From positions 130,386,001 to 130,450,000 of the forward strand of contig OZ024741.1 in NCBI GenBank assembly GCA_964016885.1: a DNA stretch of 64,000 nucleotides, read 5' to 3'. How positions within the stretch are numbered: position 1 is the first letter of the stretch; each line of letters begins with the position of its first letter. Position numbers and translations under genes: made by a program. The stretch is from Eledone cirrhosa. Its lineage: Eukaryota. The notes beneath the pieces were generated by a model, which saw nothing but the letters and a program-made list of their open reading frames with translations, made no database searches and was not told where the DNA came from. Positions 58,301-64,000 of this stretch are shown here, piece by piece.

Positions 58301-61300
58301 CTTTACACATCATATTTGTCTGTGTAACTAGGGTTGGAAGCGGTGAACATATAACTTTACACATCATATTTGTCTTTGTAACTAGGGTTGGAAGCAGTGA
58401 ACATATAACTTTACCCATCATATTTGTCTGTGTAACTAGGGTTGGAAGCAGTGAACATATAACTTTACACATCATATTTGTCTGCGTAACTCGGGTTGGA
58501 AGCGGTGAACATATAACTTTACACATCATATTTGTCTGTGTAACTAGCGTTGGAAGCAGTGAACATACAACTTTACACATCATATTTGTCTGTGTAACTA
58601 GGGTTGGAAGCAGTGAATATATAACTTTACACATCATATTTGTCTGTGCAACTAGGGTTGGAAGCAGTGAACATATAAATTTACACATCATATTTGTCTG
58701 TGTAACTAGGGTTGGAAGCAGTGAACATATAACTTTACACATCATATTTATCTGCGTAACTCGGGTTGGAAGCGGTGAACATATAACTTTACACATCATA
58801 TTTGTCTGTGGAACTAGGGTTGGAAGCGGTGAACATATAACTTTACACATCATATTTGTCTGTGTAACTAGGGTTGGAAGCAGTGAACATATAACTTTAC
58901 ACATCATATTTGTCTGTCTAACTAGGTTTGGAAGCGGTGAACATATAACTTTACACATCATATTTGACTGTGTAACTAGGGTTGGAAGCGGTGAACATAC
59001 AACTTTACACATCATATTTGTCTGTGGAACTAGGGTTGGAAGCAGTGAACATAGAACTTTACACATCATATTTGTCTGTGTAACTAGGGTTGGAAGCAGT
59101 GAACATATAACTTTACACATCATATTTGTCTGTGTAACTCCGGTTGGAACCGGTGAACATATAACTTTACACATCATATTCGTCTGTGTAACTAGGGTTG
59201 GAAGCAGTGAACATATAACTTTACACATCATATTTGTCTGTGTAACAAGGGTTGGAAGCGGTGAACATATAAATTTACACATCATATTTGTCTGTGTAAC
59301 TAGGGTTGGAAGCGGTGAACATATAACTTTACACATCATATTTGTCTATGTAATTAGGGTTGGAAGCAGTGAACATATAACTTTACACATCATATTTGTC
59401 TGTGTAACTAGGGTTGGAAGCAGTGAACACATAACTTTACACATCATATTTGACTGTGTAACTAGGGTTGGAAGCACTGAACATATAACTTTACACATCA
59501 TATTTGTCTGTGGAACTAGGGTTGGAAGCAGTGAACATATAACTTTACACATCATATTTGTCTATGTAACTAGGGTTAGAAGCAGTGAACATATAACTTT
59601 ACACATCATATTTGTCTGTGTAACTCGGGTTGGAAGCGGTGAACATATAACTTGACACATCATATTTGTCTGTGGAACTAGGGTTCGAAGCGGTGAACAT
59701 ATAACTTTACACATCATATTTGTCTGTGTAACTAGGGTTGGAAGCAGTGAACATATAACTTTACACATCATATTTGTCTGTGTAACTAGGGTTGGAAGCG
59801 GTGAACATATAACTTTACACCTCATATTTGTCTGTGTAACTAGGGTTGGAAGCAGTGAACATATAACTTTACACATCATATTTGTCTGTGTAACTAGGGT
59901 TGGAAGCGGTGAACATATAACTTTACACATCATATTTGTCTGTGTAACTAGGGTTGGAAGCGGTGAACATATAACTTTACACATCATATTTGTCTTTGTA
60001 ACTAGGGTTGGAAGCAGTGAACATATAACTTTACACATCATATTTGTCTGTGTAACTAGGGTTGGAAGCAGTGAACATATAACTTTACACATCATATTTG
60101 TCTGCGTAACTCGGGTTGGAAGCGGTGAACATATAACTTTACACATCATATTTGTCTGTGTAACTAGGGTTGGAAGCAGTGAACATACAACTTTACACAT
60201 CATATTTGTCTGTGTAACTAGGGTTGGAAGCAGTGAACATATAACTTTACACATCATATTTGTCTGCGTAACTCGGGTTGGAAGCGGTGAACATATAACT
60301 TTACACATCATATTTGTCTGTGGAACTAGGGTTGGAAGCGGTGAACATATAACTTTACACATCATATTTGTCTGTGTAACTAGGGTTGGAAGCAGTGAAC
60401 ATATAACTTTACACATCATATTTGTCTGTGTAACTAGGGTTGGAAGCAGTGAACATATAACTTTACACATCATATTTGTCTGCGTAACTCGGGTTGGAAG
60501 CGGTGAACATATAACTTTACACATCATATTTGTCTGTGGAACTAGGGTTGGAAGCGGTGAACATATAACTTTACACATCATATTTGTCTGTGTAACTAGG
60601 GTTGGAAGCAGTGAACATATAACTTTACACATCATATTTGTCTGTGTAACTAGGGTTGGAAGCGGTGAACATATAACTTTACACATCATATTTGTCTGTG
60701 TAACTACGGTTGGAAGCAGTGAACATATAACTTTACACATCATATTTGTCTGTGTAACTAGGGTTGGAAGCAGTGAACATATAACTTTACACATCATATT
60801 TGTCTGCGTAACTCGGGTTGGAAGCGGTGAACATATAACTTTACACATCATATTTGTCTGTGGAACTAGGGTTGGAAGCGGTGAACATATAACTTTACAC
60901 ATCATATTTGTCTGTGTAACTAGGGTTGGAAGCAGTGAACATATAACTTTACACATCATATTTGTCTGTCTAACTAGGTTTGGAAGCGGTGAACATATAA
61001 CTTTACACATCATATTTGACTGTGTAACTAGGGTTGGAAGCGGTGAACATACAACTTTACACATCATATTTGTCTGTGGAACTAGGGTTGGAAGCAGTGA
61101 ACATAGAACTTTACACATCATATTTGTCTGTGTAACTAGGGTTGGAAGCAGTGAACATATAACTTTACACATCATATTTGTCTGTGTAACTCGGGTTGGA
61201 AGCGGTGAACATATAACTTTACACATCATATTCGTCTGTGTAACTAGGGTTGGAAGCGGTGAACATATAACTTTACACATCATATTTGTCTGTGTAACTA

Positions 61301-61329
61301 GGGTTGGAAGCAGTGAACATATAACTTTA

Positions 61330-64000
61330 CATATCATATTTGTCTGTGTAACTAGGGTTAGAAGCAGTGAACATATAACTTTACACATCATATTTGTCTG
61401 TGTAACTAGGGTTGGATGCAGTGAACATATAACTTTACACATCATATTTGTCTGTGTAACTAGGGTTGGAAGCAGTGAACATATAACTTTACACATCATA
61501 TTTGTCTGTGTAACTAGGGTTGGAAGCACTGAACATATAACTTTACACATCATATTTGTCTATGTAACTAGGGTTGGAAGCAGTGAACATATAACTTTAC
61601 ACATCATATTTGTCTGTGTAACTAGGGTTGGAAGCGGTGAACATATAACTTTACACATCATATTTGTCTGTGTAACTAGGGTTGGAAGCGGTGAACATAT
61701 AACTTTACACATCATATTTGTCTGTGTAACTAGGGTTGGAAGCAGTGAACATATAACTTTACACATCATATTTGTCTGTGTAACTAGGGTTGGAAGCGGT
61801 GAACATATAACTTTACACATCATATTTGTCTGTGTAACTAGGTTTGGAAGCAGTGAACATATAACTTTACACATCATATTTGTCTGTGTAACTAGGGTTG
61901 GAAGCAGTGAACATACAACTTTACACAACCTATTTGTCTGTGTAACTAGGGTTAGAAACAGTGAACATATAAATTTACACATCATATTTGTCTGTGTAAC
62001 TAGGGTTGGAAGCAGTGAACATATAACTTTACACATCATATTTGACTGTGTAACTAGGGTTGGAAGCAGTGAACATATAACTTTACACATCATATTTGTC
62101 TGTGGAACTAGGGTTGGAAGCAGTGAACATATAACTTTACACATCATATTTGTCTGTGTAACTCGGGTTGGAAGCGGTGAACATATAACTTGACACATCA
62201 TATTTGTCTGTGGAACTAGGGTTCGAAGCGGTGAACATATAACTTTACACATCATATTTGTCTGTGTAACTAGGGTTGGAAGCAGTGAACATATAACTTT
62301 ACACATCATATTTGTCTGTGTAACTAGGGTTGGAAGCGGTGAACATATAACTTTACACATCATATTTGTCTGTGTAACTAGGGTTGGAAGCGGTGAACAT
62401 ATAACTTTACACATCATATTTGTCTGTGTAACTAGGGTTGGAAGCACTGAACATATAACTTTACACATCATATTTGTCTATGTAACTAGGGTTGGAAGCA
62501 GTGAACATATAACTTTACACATCATATTTGTCTGTGTAACTAGGGTTGGAAGCGGTGAACATATAACTTTACACATCATATTTGTCTGTGTAACTAGGGT
62601 TGGAAGCGGTGAACATATAACTTTACACATCATATTTGTCTGTGTAACTAGGGTTGGAAGCAGTGAACATATAACTTTACACATCATATTTGTCTGTGTA
62701 ACTAGGGTTGGAAGCAGTGAACATATAACTTTACACATCATATTTGTCTGTGTAACTAGAGTTGGAAGCACTGAACATATAACTTTACACATCATATTTG
62801 TCTATGTAACTAGGGTTGGAAGCAGTGAACCTATAACTTTACACATCATATTTGTCTGCGGAACTAGGGTTGGAAGCAGTGAACATATAACTTCACACAT
62901 CATATTTGTCTGTGTAACTAGGGTTAGAAGCAGTGAACATATAACTTTACACATCATATTTGTCTGTGTAACTAGGGTTGGATGCAGTGAACATATAACT
63001 TTACACATCATATTTGTCTGTGTAACTAGGGTTGGAAGCAGTGAACATATAACTTTACACATCATATTTGTCTGTGTAACTAGGGTTGGAAGCACTGAAC
63101 ATATAACTTTACACATCATATTTGTCTATGTAACTAGGGTTGGAAGCAGTGAACATATAACTTTACACATCATATTTGTCTGTGTAACTAGGGTTGGAAG
63201 CGGTGAACATATAACTTTACACATCATATTTGTCTGTGTAACTAGGGTTGGAAGCGGTGAACATATAACTTTACACATCATATTTGTCTGTGTAACTAGG
63301 GTTGGAAGCATTGAACATATAACTTTACACATCATATTTGTCTGTGTAACTAGGGTTGGAAGCGGTGAACATATAACTTTACACATCATATTTGTCTGTG
63401 TAACTAGGTTTGGAAGCAGTGAACATATAACTTTACACATCATATTTGTCTGTGTAACTAGGGTTGGAAGCAGTGAACATACAACTTTACACAACCTATT
63501 TGTCTGTGTAACTAGGGTTAGAAACAGTGAACATATAAATTTACACATCATATTTGTCTGTGTAACTAGGGTTGGAAGCAGTGAACATATAACTTTACAC
63601 ATCATATTTGACTGTGTAACTAGGGTTGGAAGCAGTGAACATATAACTTTACACATCATATTTGTCTGTGGAACTAGGGTTGGAAGCAGTGAACATATAA
63701 CTTTACACATCATATTTGTCTGTGTAACTCGGGTTGGAAGCGGTGAACATATAACTTGACACATCATATTTGTCTGTGGAACTAGGGTTCGAAGCGGTGA
63801 ACATATAACTTTACACATCATATTTGTCTGTGTAACTAGGGTTGGAAGCAGTGAACATATAACTTTACACATCATATTTGTCTGTGTAACTAGGGTTGGA
63901 AGCGGTGAACATATAACTTTACACATCATATTTGTCTGTGTAACTAGGGTTGGAAGCGGTGAACATATAACTTTACACATCATATTTGTCTGTGTAACTA
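61330..64000. repeat. Tandem duplication of a 29-monomer (1566 bp) unit
   Basis: ORF ends 61560/63126 and the CACAACCTA marker at 61927/63493 are offset by 1566. Both copies are preceded by TTAGAAGC, GGATGCAG and AGCACTG monomers. Confidence 0.85.

Larger units (their letters stand above)
1..64000. repeat. 54-bp tandem satellite array, about 1185 head-to-tail monomers, truncated at both window edges
   Basis: Direct reading: monomers start with ATTTGTC at 1, 55, 109 and so on, and the last starts at 63984. 63983 = 1185x54 - 7, which matches the net -7 bp from the 11 indels I located. Monomers typically differ from consensus by 0-3 substitutions. Orientation is constant and no non-repeat sequence was seen. 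Confidence 0.99.

Noticed and set aside
1043-63983. All ORFs in the supplied track as protein-coding genes
   Set aside because: They are translations of the 54-bp monomer on both strands. Their boundaries are set by satellite variants (TAA/TGA at ACTTAAC/ACTTGAC; TAG on the minus strand from CTATGT) and by 1-bp indels. There is no unique N- or C-terminal sequence and no recognisable domain.
1-64000. CRISPR array
   Set aside because: There are no unique spacers, since the whole 54-bp unit is repeated. No leader or cas genes are present.
1-64000. Rolling-circle or concatemer sequencing artefact, or synthetic construct
   Set aside because: Variants are shared, linked and hierarchically nested across distant copies. 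This reflects descent by duplication, not random error on a single template.

Overview
All 64,000 bp of this window are one uninterrupted, head-to-tail satellite array of a 54-bp monomer. The consensus is ATTTGTCTGTGTAACTAGGGTTGGAAGC[A/G]GTGAACATATAACTTTACACATCAT (19/54 G+C for the A allele, about 35%). There are 1185 full monomers plus 17 bp, and the array runs off both ends. I found no unique sequence, gene, RNA gene, mobile element or CRISPR spacer. Every entry in the ORF track arises because 54 is a multiple of 3 and one frame per strand is stop-free in the consensus. What is informative is the internal structure: (i) nested, irregular multi-monomer duplications of 6 to 148 monomers; (ii) regional layers of diagnostic variants; (iii) only 11 single-base indels, from about 5 independent events; (iv) a CpG-free consensus whose commonest variants create CpGs, clustered in a recurring two-monomer cassette; (v) a perfect 7-bp dyad in every consensus monomer; (vi) a telomere-like CTAGGGTT(G/A)G core. 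This looks like eukaryotic satellite DNA (inference). The organism and any function cannot be determined from the sequence alone, and I found no evidence of a new protein-coding system.
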